Of a stretch of DNA of 64,000 bases, positions 29,519-39,271 are shown one piece after another. The position numbers and the translations under genes are program-made. The stretch comes from an uncultured Candidatus Saccharibacteria bacterium (GTDB lineage: Bacteria > Patescibacteriota > Minisyncoccia > 2-02-FULL-40-12 > GWA2-44-9): NCBI GenBank assembly GCA_964488565.1, contig CAZAUE010000001.1, forward strand, positions 42,687 through 106,686, read 5' to 3'. Under the pieces are notes generated by a model. It saw nothing but the letters and a program-made list of their open reading frames with translations. It was not told the DNA's origin and searched no databases. How positions within the stretch are numbered: the first letter of the stretch is position 1; each line of letters begins with the position of its first letter.

Positions 29519-29555
29519 ATTATTAATCTATTGAGTTTTTAGAGTTCTCAAAAAG

Positions 29556-30623
29556 TTAATTATTTGCCAATAACTCAAGTACTGCCAGTTCTAGTGGTAG
29601 TTGAACTACCGGAGAAGTTTTAATTTCATTTCTAGCTGAAGTGAAAACGTTTATCATTTGAATCATTCTGACTCCATCAATCTGCCAAGCTTGCCCAGCC
29701 TGATTTAGTGCTGGTTCTTCACCAACTGATGCCAGGGTCGCGGGATTAACTTTGGACATCAAAACCTTTCTAAGGTATTCAATAAAGTCTTTAGTAAAAT
29801 GTTCTAAATCTACTCCCGATTCATGAATCCTTTGAATAAACTGAAGGGCTGATACCTTGTCATTATTTACCAGATAGCCAAAAAATTCTGGATGATACTT
29901 AAAAGAAACCAATCCAAGGGCGCTGGTCACTTCATCGGCACTTATTTTGCCTTGATATGAAAGAAACTTGGAAAGCAAAACCTCGGCATCACGAAGTGCA
30001 CCATCAGAAGCAATAGCAATCGCTCTCAAACCTTCATCTTCCACATTAATTTTTTCAGCTTTAGCTACTTCTTTTAGTTTCACGGAAATCTGGCTTGGGG
30101 TCAGACGCCTAAAATCAAATCTCTGAACACGAGAAAGGACTGTCGGTAAAATTTTGTGTGGTTCAGTGGTAGCAAGAATAAAAATTACATGACTTGGTGG
30201 TTCTTCGAGTGTTTTCAATAAAGCATTGAACGCAGATTTGGAAAGCATGTGCACCTCGTCAATAATAAAGACCTTATAGCCCCCACTAGGGGCGGCGACG
30301 GTTGAAGATTCAGTCAATTCGCGAATATTCTCAACTCCTGTCTGAGATGCAGCATCTACCTCAATCATGTCCATGAGGTTGCCGTGATTAACACTGAGGC
30401 ACGAATCACACTCATTACATGGCTCTCCGTTTTTTATCTTCTTGCAATTAAGAGCTTTGGCAAAAATTCTTGCTAAAGTAGTTTTTCCTGTTCCCCTTGG
30501 TCCGGTAAACAAATAAGCATGACCTATTCGGCCGGTCGTTAATGCTCCTTTTAGTGTTTTAACCACATGCTCCTGCCCGACTACTTCGGCAAATGTCTGT
30601 GGTCTATATTTTCTATACAACAT
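29556..30623 (-). CDS. dnaX: DNA polymerase III subunit gamma/tau (short form, N-terminal domains)
   Basis: Walker A GPRGTGKTT, zinc module CNECDSC, Walker B IIDEVHML, and SRVQRF. Confidence 0.88.
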   Translation of the reverse strand: MLYRKYRPQTFAEVVGQEHVVKTLKGALTTGRIGHAYLFTGPRGTGKTTLARIFAKALNCKKIKNGEPCNECDSCLSVNHGNLMDMIEVDAASQTGVENIRELTESSTVAAPSGGYKVFIIDEVHMLSKSAFNALLKTLEEPPSHVIFILATTEPHKILPTVLSRVQRFDFRRLTPSQISVKLKEVAKAEKINVEDEGLRAIAIASDGALRDAEVLLSKFLSYQGKISADEVTSALGLVSFKYHPEFFGYLVNNDKVSALQFIQRIHESGVDLEHFTKDFIEYLRKVLMSKVNPATLASVGEEPALNQAGQAWQIDGVRMIQMINVFTSARNEIKTSPVVQLPLELAVLELLANN

Positions 30624-30674
30624 GTAAATAGATTACCGTAATTTTAAAAAATAAAAAAGCCCACAATAAGTGAG

Positions 30675-30914
30675 CTACTCCAACCAATCAAGATCCTTCA
30701 GTGCCTGACACTCGTCACACAGTTGCTTGGGAGGATTAACATAACATTCCGGCTTGGTATCGGCCAACCCATTACAACTATTACAGTAAAAGTACATAGG
30801 CGAACCGGCAGGAAGATCTGAATTTTTAATTTGCTTTTTCTTAGCATTCTCCTTGCGTCTTTTGGCAAGAGCTTTCAAGGCAAAATCTTTTCCCTTTACG
30901 GTTGCCAGTGGCAT
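30675..30914 (-). CDS. Small zinc-ribbon protein (79 aa), hypothetical
   Basis: Basic N-terminus; CNSCNG and CDEC cysteine pairs. Confidence 0.4.
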   Translation of the reverse strand: MPLATVKGKDFALKALAKRRKENAKKKQIKNSDLPAGSPMYFYCNSCNGLADTKPECYVNPPKQLCDECQALKDLDWLE

Positions 30915-30993
30915 CTTTTTTCCCTCGTCTGATTTTTAAGCTAAATAAAGATACCACACATCGTAGAATTGTAAATAGTTAATACCGAGTAGT

Positions 30994-31707
30994 TTATTTT
31001 TTGAAAACCACCGTCTTGAACCCAACAAAACCAAACATCAGAGCAACTGCTGAACCCGCTACGGCTCCAACATTAGCCCAAACCTGAGGGGTTAATCCAC
31101 CCATTGGATCAACGTAATTAACAACAAATGATGCTGTTCCAGTATTTATGAATATGGCAACAATAGCCACGCTCATGAATTTTGCAAATTCAAATTTAGA
31201 GCTTTCACCGCCTACAGTGATTCCATCGCCATCGCGTGTCCCCTTAGGGGAACCCTCGCGGGCGATTGAACCTTCACCGAGACCAAATGTCCAATATTTA
31301 TTCCAAAAATAACTCGGAACAGCAGACGCCGCGAAAGATATCATCTTGAAAGCTGAATACCACCCTCCCGATGATATGTCTGTGTTAGCAATTAAAATAT
31401 TCAAGACCCCAAAATCAACGGCCGCATTGGTAAAACCTATGGCAGCGAATTTTCCGAACTGATTAAAAAATCCCATCCACTTGCCCAAAAAATAGCCGAG
31501 ATTTACACCTAAAATCCATAAAATTGGTACCACAAAAACCAGACATGCCCATGGAATACCACCAATCGGAGGGCATGGAGCTTTTATGCAATACACCACA
31601 GTTCCCCCAATTTCTGGTATATCCAAATACTCGAAAATTCTCCAGGCAGAAAATCCAGTAATTAAACCCGTAACCACGCTGAAGTAAAAATCTCTTTTAG
31701 TAAACAT
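30994..31707 (-). CDS. GtrA-like polytopic membrane protein
   Basis: The central region FAAIGFTNAAVDFGVLNILIAN...SYFWNKYWTF matches the GtrA-family pattern. Confidence 0.5.
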   Translation of the reverse strand: MFTKRDFYFSVVTGLITGFSAWRIFEYLDIPEIGGTVVYCIKAPCPPIGGIPWACLVFVVPILWILGVNLGYFLGKWMGFFNQFGKFAAIGFTNAAVDFGVLNILIANTDISSGGWYSAFKMISFAASAVPSYFWNKYWTFGLGEGSIAREGSPKGTRDGDGITVGGESSKFEFAKFMSVAIVAIFINTGTASFVVNYVDPMGGLTPQVWANVGAVAGSAVALMFGFVGFKTVVFKK

Positions 31708-31712
31708 ATTTT

Positions 31713-34088
31713 TTATAAACCTGCGCCAATTCCATATTTTTGGCGCGAAGCTTCTTTAAGTTGCAATACTAATTCTGGATTTGATGCGGGTGGTGGATCA
31801 ATTTTAATATTAAACGGTCTTGCTGTTTGATTATTAATCAACAACTTGGCATAGCAATTGAAGTTATCAATGTTCAAAAGATCTTGCGGACTAAATACTG
31901 GTTCAAATTGATTTTTTAGGAATTCAGCATCATCAGCACCAACTCTGAATACGGCCATTGAGCCAACATTGCCAAATACGGCATCGCGAATCTTATCAAC
32001 CAATTGTTTTATAAATTGATTAGCGATGATTAGATTTAATCTATATTTACGTGCTTCAGCTAAAATCGTTGAGATACTGTCAGTGGTAAAGTTATGGAAC
32101 TCATCAACATATAGATAGAAGTCTGCTCGCTGTTCCTCCGGAGTGTTTACACGAGACAAAGCAGCAATCAAGATTTTACCGACAATAATCATGCCCAACA
32201 AACTAGCATTAATGTCCCCAATTCTCCCTTTAGATAAATTAACCAATAAAATCTTTCTCTGATCCATCAATTCTCGGAAATTGAATGCGCTTTTCTTCTG
32301 AGAAAGAATCGGCCTCAAAAATTCATTGGCAATGAAACCGTTAATCTTGGAAGTAATATAAGGGGCCATATTGGCCAAGGCCGCTTCGCCTCCGGCTTTC
32401 TCAGCTTCCAATTCCCAAAAGTTTTTAACGATCGGGTTTGTTTCTCTGGATAATTTATCGCGCCTGTAAGCATCGTCGGTCAAAACACGAGGAATATTTA
32501 CCAGAGTCGGAACTTCATTTGCGTAATCGTCCATCAAAAGAAGCATCGCGTTTCTGAAGTATTGATCAAACATGGGACCCATTGTTTCCGCTAAAAACAA
32601 CTTCTGGAAAATACTTAATATCTCATTCACTATAAATGTTTTTTGTTCTGGGAAATTGGGATCAAATTCAAGCATGTTTAAACCCAAAGGTTTTGCCATA
32701 TCAGCAGGATCAAAAATTATGACATCATCCATTCTCTCAGGAGGTATGAATCCCAAAATTCTTTCAATGGCAGTACCGTGAGGATCAACAAAAGCCACCC
32801 CGTCACCATTCAAAATGTCTTGATAAATCATGTTCTCCATCAAGGTTGATTTACCAGTTCCAGTTTGTCCCAATAGATAAAAATGTCTTCTTCTATCACT
32901 CTTAGTCATTCTTATCGGGCTCTCTACTCCCCTGAAAATGTTTTTACCCAAGATAATTCCTTCTTGCGGTAAGTTGGATGGCGGTTCAGAAGGTTTTGAT
33001 TTCAAAAACTTTATTCTAGGTGAAAGTGTTGTTCCTAACGGAAAATGAAACAGACTAGTCACTTCTTCGCTGGATAATAATGCTGTTTGGGAATTATCAA
33101 AAAGACGGAAAGAGTAATTAAACAAAAGTTTTTCAAGAGAACCTCCTGTAAGTTTTGAAAGTTGAAAACTATTCATTTCATTAGACGAGAACTGGACAAA
33201 GGCTCCTGATAGTTCATTAAGCAATTGACCCGCCCGAGCTTCATTATCAGCAGAGACAATAATTCTTATGTTTGTATCAAACAAAGGTTTTGAGGCCTTA
33301 TCTTGAATTCCCTTAACTACTTCCGCCTCAAAAGGTGTTATGGCTTTAGGTCGTTCCAGTTCTTGTTCTCCAGTTTTAGATTTTTTAGGAGAATTTTTAG
33401 CTAAAGATAATGCTTTGGAAAAATTAAATCCTGACTGCATTTCTTTGGCAGTCTTCTGAGCTAATTTTCTCAAACCATCTTGATGGGTGGGCCTGATAAG
33501 TATCTGAATCGCCGCACCCTCACCTTCCTTTTGAAGCTTGGAAAATGCTGTTGCTAATCCCCCAAGAGGATCTGCCTGAAGCATTTGATATGTTTTAAAT
33601 GGAAGAATTGGATTATTTTTTAGTCTGAAAATTCCCGCCAAAGAAACCCCCTGCGGATTAAAAATATTGTAATCTTTTATTCTCTCAACTTGAGCGGTCG
33701 GGAAAAAACTATTTACCTGTTTTTCAAAAATTTGCTCATAGCTTCTGGGCACTGCCATGTAAAAGTGTATTTCTTCTCCGATATGGTGAACTCCAATTTC
33801 TAATGAAAGATATGGTTCACCATATAAAAACTTGTTCCATCCTTTGGCATGAAGATTCGTAAATGAAGAATAAAGCTGTTCCATTACCGAAATAATGTCT
33901 TTTTCGGATTGTTGGGGTTGTCCAGAACCAGTCTGAGAGCTCTCTCTTGGAACACTAATCAAAAACAGGGACATGTTCAAAGCTCTAGCAATACTGCCCT
34001 TGGTTCTAAATGATCCAACTAAAACTAAACCGGCAATAAATATTATTGCCAAAACTACAAGATAGATTATCAGAAGAAATAGTGACAA
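31713..34088 (-). CDS. Membrane-anchored P-loop ATPase of the type IV secretion coupling-protein (VirD4/TraD/TraG) / FtsK-HerA superfamily
   Basis: N-terminal TM helix; Walker A HFYLLGQTGTGKST; Walker B YLYVDEFHNF; arginine-finger-like ARKYRLNLIIANQ. 791 aa. Confidence 0.6.
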   Translation of the reverse strand: MSLFLLIIYLVVLAIIFIAGLVLVGSFRTKGSIARALNMSLFLISVPRESSQTGSGQPQQSEKDIISVMEQLYSSFTNLHAKGWNKFLYGEPYLSLEIGVHHIGEEIHFYMAVPRSYEQIFEKQVNSFFPTAQVERIKDYNIFNPQGVSLAGIFRLKNNPILPFKTYQMLQADPLGGLATAFSKLQKEGEGAAIQILIRPTHQDGLRKLAQKTAKEMQSGFNFSKALSLAKNSPKKSKTGEQELERPKAITPFEAEVVKGIQDKASKPLFDTNIRIIVSADNEARAGQLLNELSGAFVQFSSNEMNSFQLSKLTGGSLEKLLFNYSFRLFDNSQTALLSSEEVTSLFHFPLGTTLSPRIKFLKSKPSEPPSNLPQEGIILGKNIFRGVESPIRMTKSDRRRHFYLLGQTGTGKSTLMENMIYQDILNGDGVAFVDPHGTAIERILGFIPPERMDDVIIFDPADMAKPLGLNMLEFDPNFPEQKTFIVNEILSIFQKLFLAETMGPMFDQYFRNAMLLLMDDYANEVPTLVNIPRVLTDDAYRRDKLSRETNPIVKNFWELEAEKAGGEAALANMAPYITSKINGFIANEFLRPILSQKKSAFNFRELMDQRKILLVNLSKGRIGDINASLLGMIIVGKILIAALSRVNTPEEQRADFYLYVDEFHNFTTDSISTILAEARKYRLNLIIANQFIKQLVDKIRDAVFGNVGSMAVFRVGADDAEFLKNQFEPVFSPQDLLNIDNFNCYAKLLINNQTARPFNIKIDPPPASNPELVLQLKEASRQKYGIGAGL

Positions 34089-34094
34089 GTTTCT

Positions 34095-34502
34095 TTATGT
34101 AATAGGGTCAACTTTTTTTCTCTCTAAAAGCGCATCGTATAACTGATCAACTAAAACATCATGAAAGGCATCTATCAAGGCAGGATTATTTGATTTAACA
34201 GCCTCTTTTATTCCCTGATCTAAACTATTTTGAAAAACATGATTAACAAGTTCCTGAATCTTTTCCTTCATTTCTTCAGCGAGATAGCTGACACTGTTAT
34301 CAGTTTGTGTTTGCGGCGCTGGTTTAGGAATATACGCAGGAGCGTTTTGCTGAATCTTCTCACCAACAACTTCTCTCAAAACTTCTTTATCGGGCGGTAA
34401 TTCTTTTTGTTCCGGTTGTTGCTCCAAATTCGCCTTCTTTTCTTGAAGTTGTTTCTCTAGTTGAGCTATTTCCTGTTCAATTGTAACTCCAGTTTCTGAC
34501 AT
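34095..34502 (-). CDS. Coiled-coil hypothetical protein, co-transcribed with the T4CP-like ATPase
   Basis: Heptad-rich N-terminus (IAQLEKQLQEKKANLEQQ); 6-nt gap to the downstream gene. Confidence 0.4.
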   Translation of the reverse strand: MSETGVTIEQEIAQLEKQLQEKKANLEQQPEQKELPPDKEVLREVVGEKIQQNAPAYIPKPAPQTQTDNSVSYLAEEMKEKIQELVNHVFQNSLDQGIKEAVKSNNPALIDAFHDVLVDQLYDALLERKKVDPIT

Positions 34503-34546
34503 GTATAAAGTATATCATAAATATTAAAAAACCGCCTCCGGAGAGC

Positions 34547-34590
34547 GGGAACCAAGATATCTGGTTCCGCCCTCCGTGGCGATCATGCGC
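34547..34590 (-). terminator. Intrinsic terminator of cassette B
   Basis: Long GC hairpin (core GGAACCA-N8-UGGUUCC with extended outer pairing), followed on the minus strand by UUUUUUAAUAUU. Confidence 0.45.
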
Positions 34591-34609
34591 GACGCGATGT
34601 CCGTCGGCG

Positions 34610-35029
34610 CTACTTTCTCGGCGTGACGGTCGGAACCACACTCTGTTCCGACTTCACGCTGAGGTGGTACTGCCACACCACGTAGGTGTAGCCGGGGTAG
34701 GTCACGTCTTCCACCACGCGGGTGGGGACGGTGGCGACGACCTTCCGAACCGTGCTCGGAGGCAGGCTGTCGACCTCTTCGATCAACGGCATGCCTCGGT
34801 CGTCACGAACCGGGACCACCACGGACGTCCGCGGAAGCGAGCGGTCCGCGAAGTCGAACACGCGAGCGTCGCCTCCGCCCTTGATCGTGGCCTTGTAGGT
34901 GAACGCCAAGGCGTACACCTTGTTGGTCTCGATGCCGTCGCCCCGCCCGAAATTGGCAAAGGCGATAATGGACACGACGGCCACGACAAAGATGGTGGCG
35001 ATGAAAACGAGAACGCGGGTCCGATTCAT
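34610..35029 (-). CDS. GC-rich (~65%) ORF encoding a 139-aa N-terminally membrane-anchored hypothetical protein (cassette B)
   Basis: SD AAGAGG 7 nt upstream; N-terminal TM (VLVFIATIFVVAVVSIIAF). Composition (R/V/T/P-rich) and codon GC are unlike host genes. Confidence 0.5.
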   Translation of the reverse strand: MNRTRVLVFIATIFVVAVVSIIAFANFGRGDGIETNKVYALAFTYKATIKGGGDARVFDFADRSLPRTSVVVPVRDDRGMPLIEEVDSLPPSTVRKVVATVPTRVVEDVTYPGYTYVVWQYHLSVKSEQSVVPTVTPRK

Positions 35030-35094
35030 TTCTGCCTCTTTCTGTTATGCCCCCTAAGGAGCGGTTGGTAAGGGTCTAAATCAACTCTGTAATT

Positions 35095-35131
35095 ACATTA
35101 TAGCACAAAATAACACCGTTTGTCAACCCAA
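35095..35131 (-). promoter_or_regulatory. Sigma70-like promoter for cassette B (TTGACA-N19-AATAAT), with a leader sharing the AGGGGGCATAAC motif with cassette C
   Basis: On the minus strand: TTGACAaacggtgttattttgtgcTAATAAT. The leader ...CCTTAGGGGGCATAACAGAAAGAGGCAGAA precedes the ATG. Confidence 0.4.
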
Positions 35132-35210
35132 CCCCTATGTACGCGGGGGCAGAGCAAAAGTTGTTTAATGTACATTTGTTGATAAAACCCCAGTAAATAT
35201 CTGTTAAACT

Positions 35211-36329
35211 ATGGGTATGAATAAATCTAAAAAACAAGAACTCATAATCTTTTTAATTATTGTCGGTGTCGCCTCTTTTTTCCGTTTGTATCAACTAAAC
35301 GTTCTTCCTCCTGATTTTCAAAATTATCTTTTATCCTTAAGACTGTTCTCTGCAATATTGGGAATCCTGACCGTTGTTGGTGTTTATCTTTTAACCAAAG
35401 AGTTGTTTGAATGGCGTATTGCCTCAATTGCTGCATATCTTACAGCAATTTCTTTCTGGCATGTTAATTTTTCACGAACGGAATCCGTGGTGACAATTGT
35501 TCCGTTTGTTACTGTTTATGCTTTATATTTCATTTGGAAAGGATTAAAGCATGGTCACATAACCCATTTTATTGTAGCTGGAATTTTTGGCGGACTTGGG
35601 TTTTATACTTACCCTTCCTTTTATGTGGCCCCAATCATAGTCCTCGCTCTATTCATTAATTATTGGTGGTATCTAAAAAAGGATTTTGATCATACTAAGT
35701 ATGAATTCGCCAGAACCAAACTACTTCAAGGATTCGTCGCTCTTCTCCTGACAGCATTTATAGTTGCCTTGCCTCTTGTTATATATTCATGGCAACACCC
35801 AGACAATTTTTTCTCTTCTATCAAAATATCCGCCCCAAGTGTGATGAAAACCCTTGGCATGTTTAATTTTTCTGGAGATTTAAACCAAAGACACAATATC
35901 CCCGGCTCCCCAATACTGCCGTGGCCAATAGGAGTATTTTTTGCGGTTGGTATTATAAACGAACTCATTCATTGGCTAAGACGCAAACATGGACACTTCT
36001 CAACCACCCACACACTCTTACTTGTTTGGTTTTTCGTAATGCTTATTCCCGGATTTTTATTCACAGGAGCACCAAACTCTTTAATGGTTATAGGGGCCAT
36101 GCCAGTAGTCATGATTCTTACTGCCCGAGGAATCTGGTGGTTCTTTGATAAATTAAATTCATGGTACAAAGCCCACGATCCTCATTCACGACACGAAGCT
36201 CATGTTGTGACCGCTCTGGTTGTAATTATCTTCTTGTTTTCTATCGGATTCATGGAATACTGGAGATATTTCAATGTCTGGGGACCATCCACGGAGACAA
36301 TAAATGCTTTTAAAATTTTTACCAACTAA
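35211..36329 (+). CDS. GT-C fold glycosyltransferase, ArnT/PMT (GT39/GT83)-like, membrane domain
   Basis: About 10 TM helices with conserved loop motifs (FWHVNFSRTESVV, FYTYPSFY). Separated from the next GT-C gene by 6 nt. Confidence 0.6.
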   Translation: MGMNKSKKQELIIFLIIVGVASFFRLYQLNVLPPDFQNYLLSLRLFSAILGILTVVGVYLLTKELFEWRIASIAAYLTAISFWHVNFSRTESVVTIVPFVTVYALYFIWKGLKHGHITHFIVAGIFGGLGFYTYPSFYVAPIIVLALFINYWWYLKKDFDHTKYEFARTKLLQGFVALLLTAFIVALPLVIYSWQHPDNFFSSIKISAPSVMKTLGMFNFSGDLNQRHNIPGSPILPWPIGVFFAVGIINELIHWLRRKHGHFSTTHTLLLVWFFVMLIPGFLFTGAPNSLMVIGAMPVVMILTARGIWWFFDKLNSWYKAHDPHSRHEAHVVTALVVIIFLFSIGFMEYWRYFNVWGPSTETINAFKIFTN

Positions 36330-36335
36330 AAATCA

Positions 36336-38078
36336 ATGAAAACAAAACTCATCGCAGTCGCCATAATCACTTCGGCTACAATTTTAGCAATTGCCAGCGT
36401 CTGGAATGATTCTCCTGTTGTTGATGAAATTCCTCACATCGGTGCAGGATATTCTTATGTCGTTGAACGTAGCTACAAATTTAATCCAGAACATCCACCA
36501 TTGGTCAAAGACCTTGCTGGACTGGCCATGTTAACACTAAACCTTGATCGTTCAGCATTTGGTAAAACTTATCAAAAAAATTGGCCCACTGATGTTAATG
36601 GTGAATGGAATTTCGGACGAACTTTAATTTTTAATTCTGGTAATGATGCCTTAACCTTGGTTCGTGTTGCCAAGATGCCAATGCTATTATTCTTTATCAT
36701 CTCCGGCTGGTTAATATTTCTTTGGACAAAAAAGATTTATGGCCCTCGAGCTGGTCTCTTAGCTTTATTTTTGTTTTCATTTACACCAACAATTCTTGCA
36801 CACAGCCGACTAGTCACAACTGACATGGCAGCTCTTTTGGGAATTATTCTTTCAACTTATTTCTTTGTTCGCTATCTTAAAGATCAGACAAACTACAATT
36901 TCTGGTTAGCAGCTATTACTTTTGGAATCGCTGAACTAGCTAAATTCTCAACTTTCTTTCTCGTTCCTTATTTTGTTTTGGTAGGTATTATTTGGGGATA
37001 TGCACACCACCATAGCTTACGATATGTAGTTCTCGGGGCATGGAAAAGCATTCTTGTAATTGTTGTTGGTTTTATTTTTGTTGTCGGGCCTGTTTACCAA
37101 CTACACCTCCTTGGCGATACTCCTGAAAAACAACAATCGGATTCTGAGATTATTCTTGCAACTTATGGCAACCGAATTCTTGCTGACCCAATAATCTGGG
37201 CCTCCGACAAACCTTTCTTGCGACCTTTCGCTCAATATGGCTTAGGGCTACTAATGGTTGTCCAGAGAAATGTTGGTGGCAACCAAACATATTTCCTTGG
37301 AGAACTCTACCAACACGGAGTAAAACCGTATTTCCCAGTAGTGTATTTCATAAAAGAACCACTACCATTTTGGGGATTGTTTCTAATTGCAATTATTGGT
37401 TTTCTCGCATACGCACGACCAAGAGAACGCAAACTGCATGAATGGGTAAAAAATCATTTCACCGAGGTCACACTTCTCTTGTGGCTACTTATTTATTGGG
37501 CTCTTAGCATTACCGCCAACGTTAATATTGGTATCAGACACTTAATTCCTGTTTACGGTTTTACTTATATCCTTTTGGCCGGACTACTGGTTTTTGTATA
37601 TGAAAAAATTAAAACCAAAAAATTATACCTGACTGTTGTGAGTCTGATGTGTGCTTGGTTTCTCATTGAAACTATCATGATATTCCCCTATTACCTGACT
37701 TATTTTAATCAAGCCGTTGGTGGGCCAGCTGGTGGTCACAAATACGTTGTTGATTCAAATCTTGATTGGGGTCAGGACTTAAAACGTCTTGCTGATTGGG
37801 TTGAAACTAATAATGTACAAAAAATCAGCCTCGATTATTTCGGTTGGGCTGATCAATATTACTATTTGGGCAACAAATTTTATTGGGTCAATCAAGGAAA
37901 ATACACAACCAAAGGTCAATTTATTTCTGATAATCCATTTGGTGGGTACTTGGCCGTATCTGGTACTTACTACACAGAATCCCAGGTTAAACCAACACGC
38001 CCCTATGCATGGCTCAAAGATCATAAGCCAATAGCTGTAATCGGAAATTCAATCTTTGTCTGGTACATTCCTCAGTAA
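36336..38078 (+). CDS. GT-C fold glycosyltransferase, ArnT/PMT (dolichyl/undecaprenyl-phosphate-sugar dependent)-like
   Basis: The first periplasmic loop carries the DE motif (VVDEIPHIGAGYSY). Multiple TM helices plus a large C-terminal soluble domain. Confidence 0.65.
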   Translation: MKTKLIAVAIITSATILAIASVWNDSPVVDEIPHIGAGYSYVVERSYKFNPEHPPLVKDLAGLAMLTLNLDRSAFGKTYQKNWPTDVNGEWNFGRTLIFNSGNDALTLVRVAKMPMLLFFIISGWLIFLWTKKIYGPRAGLLALFLFSFTPTILAHSRLVTTDMAALLGIILSTYFFVRYLKDQTNYNFWLAAITFGIAELAKFSTFFLVPYFVLVGIIWGYAHHHSLRYVVLGAWKSILVIVVGFIFVVGPVYQLHLLGDTPEKQQSDSEIILATYGNRILADPIIWASDKPFLRPFAQYGLGLLMVVQRNVGGNQTYFLGELYQHGVKPYFPVVYFIKEPLPFWGLFLIAIIGFLAYARPRERKLHEWVKNHFTEVTLLLWLLIYWALSITANVNIGIRHLIPVYGFTYILLAGLLVFVYEKIKTKKLYLTVVSLMCAWFLIETIMIFPYYLTYFNQAVGGPAGGHKYVVDSNLDWGQDLKRLADWVETNNVQKISLDYFGWADQYYYLGNKFYWVNQGKYTTKGQFISDNPFGGYLAVSGTYYTESQVKPTRPYAWLKDHKPIAVIGNSIFVWYIPQ

Positions 38079-38087
38079 AACAAATTA

Positions 38088-38600
38088 AAGCGCCCCGCCA
38101 GATTTCTCCAGCGGGGCGGTCGTGCCGTCTTCTTCCGTGCCTGTTGCGCGTCTGTGCGGTATCTTTGTCGATGGCTTACAGAGGCCTCGGCTCTGGGCCA
38201 TAGGAGCGCCACTTGCATGTGCCTCCTAAACGCGGGTTGCAGATTGCCTGTGTGGTTGGTTCCGGTGCCAGCTTACAGGACCTTCTTTCCTGTGCTGGGT
38301 GCCGTATCGCGACGACGTACTCTCATGTTCCCCCTTCTGAGGAGGGTGGTGGAAGGGGCGCGCACCGCCCCTTCCAAGTGGTTGTGAATCCCTCGCCGTT
38401 TAGCGGCGGGAGACCGGGTTATCCACCATTCCCCGTGGGTTAACAGAACGTAGGTGCGAAGACTCGTCCGCCACCGTCCCGTTCTGTGCACAGTCCAGCG
38501 TGGCGATAGGTTCACAAGAGGCTTATCGCGAGATTGCTCTCGGACCTCCTTGTCCCTTGTCGCCACGCCGGACCGTCTTGTTGGCTCTCTAACTTAGAGC
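38088..38600. other. ~500-nt GC-rich (~62%) non-coding block with dense hairpin potential. Possible structured RNA or foreign DNA; identity unresolved.
   Basis: Only overlapping composition-driven ORFs on both strands, none protein-like. Perfect hairpins include CGCCCCGC...GCGGGGCG (38091-38118) and GGAAGGGGCG-CGCA-CGCCCCUUCC (38352-38375). A long-range ACAGAACG...CGUUCUGU pairing is possible. Confidence 0.35.
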
Positions 38601-38831
38601 CCGAAAAAAACCAGCAAATTACGACTACCGAACTACCTTAGAGCGACTATGGATGTCCTTACCCCTATTCCTTCAGGCCAATTATTATTACTTGAATGCC
38701 TGGATATTGAGATATTTACGAGGTGTTTGCTGGCTTTTTTCGAGCCCTTTTTAGGAGCCCGATATGTAAAGAACTTAGTGTTTTTAAAGTATAGCAGATA
38801 GCCATAACAATGTCAAGTACTAAGATTTAAT

Positions 38832-38863
38832 AATTAAATAGGGCCATGCGCTTCGCGCGCATG
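38832..38863 (-). terminator. Intrinsic terminator of cassette C
   Basis: Perfect palindrome AGGGCCAUGCGC-UUCG-GCGCAUGGCCCU, 13 nt after the stop codon, with an A/U-rich tail on the minus strand. Confidence 0.55.
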
Positions 38864-38875
38864 GCCCTCACTTCC

Positions 38876-39226
38876 TTACTCGTCTTCGTCGACGACGTCG
38901 TCTTGGACCTGGAAATCGGTCCTTGAATCGACGATGTCTTCGAGGGGGACGAATGGCTCGTTCAAAGCCCACTCGTCGCGGGTCTCGACGACACGTCGCA
39001 CGTGACCCCAATAGCTCTCGCTGACGATTGCCTTGGACTTGAAGGTCTTGCCGATGCGCCGAGTGCGGAGGCGATCATTGCGAACAATCCGCGCCTCCTC
39101 GTCAACGACTTCGGGCGTGAACGTCGCCGTTGCGAAACAACCGGACTGACTGCGGTTCTCAGGAACGAACGTCCCTTCGAATTCGCGCGTCATCTCGGCT
39201 GCCATCCTCTGGGCTCGTGAACTCAT
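38876..39226 (-). CDS. GC-rich (~62%) ORF encoding a 116-aa acidic hypothetical protein (cassette C)
   Basis: SD GGGGGT upstream; the start overlaps a 1-codon minimal ORF (ATGTAATGA). Acidic C-terminus (QVQDDVVDEDE). Confidence 0.45.
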   Translation of the reverse strand: MSSRAQRMAAEMTREFEGTFVPENRSQSGCFATATFTPEVVDEEARIVRNDRLRTRRIGKTFKSKAIVSESYWGHVRRVVETRDEWALNEPFVPLEDIVDSRTDFQVQDDVVDEDE

Positions 39227-39271
39227 TACATACCCCCGTCGTTATGCCCCCTTGGGCTTGATTGAAAACAA

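Noticed and set aside
34664-35071. 135-aa plus-strand ORF overlapping cassette B, and the 68-aa internal minus ORF
   Set aside because: His/Gly/Arg-rich composition artefact. The minus-strand frame has an SD, TM anchor and terminator.
38154-38566. Three overlapping ORFs (77, 76, 97 aa) in the GC-rich block, considered as genes
   Set aside because: They overlap on both strands and are extremely Arg/Pro/Gly-rich, with no start signals. The region is better treated as non-coding.
38088-38600. Calling the GC-rich block RNase P RNA or tmRNA
   Set aside because: Canonical RNase P CR-I (GGAAAGUCCGGGCUCC) and CR-II, the tmRNA 5' GGGG...3' UCCACCA ends, and a tag reading frame could not be found by eye. 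It is left as unassigned pending a covariance-model search.
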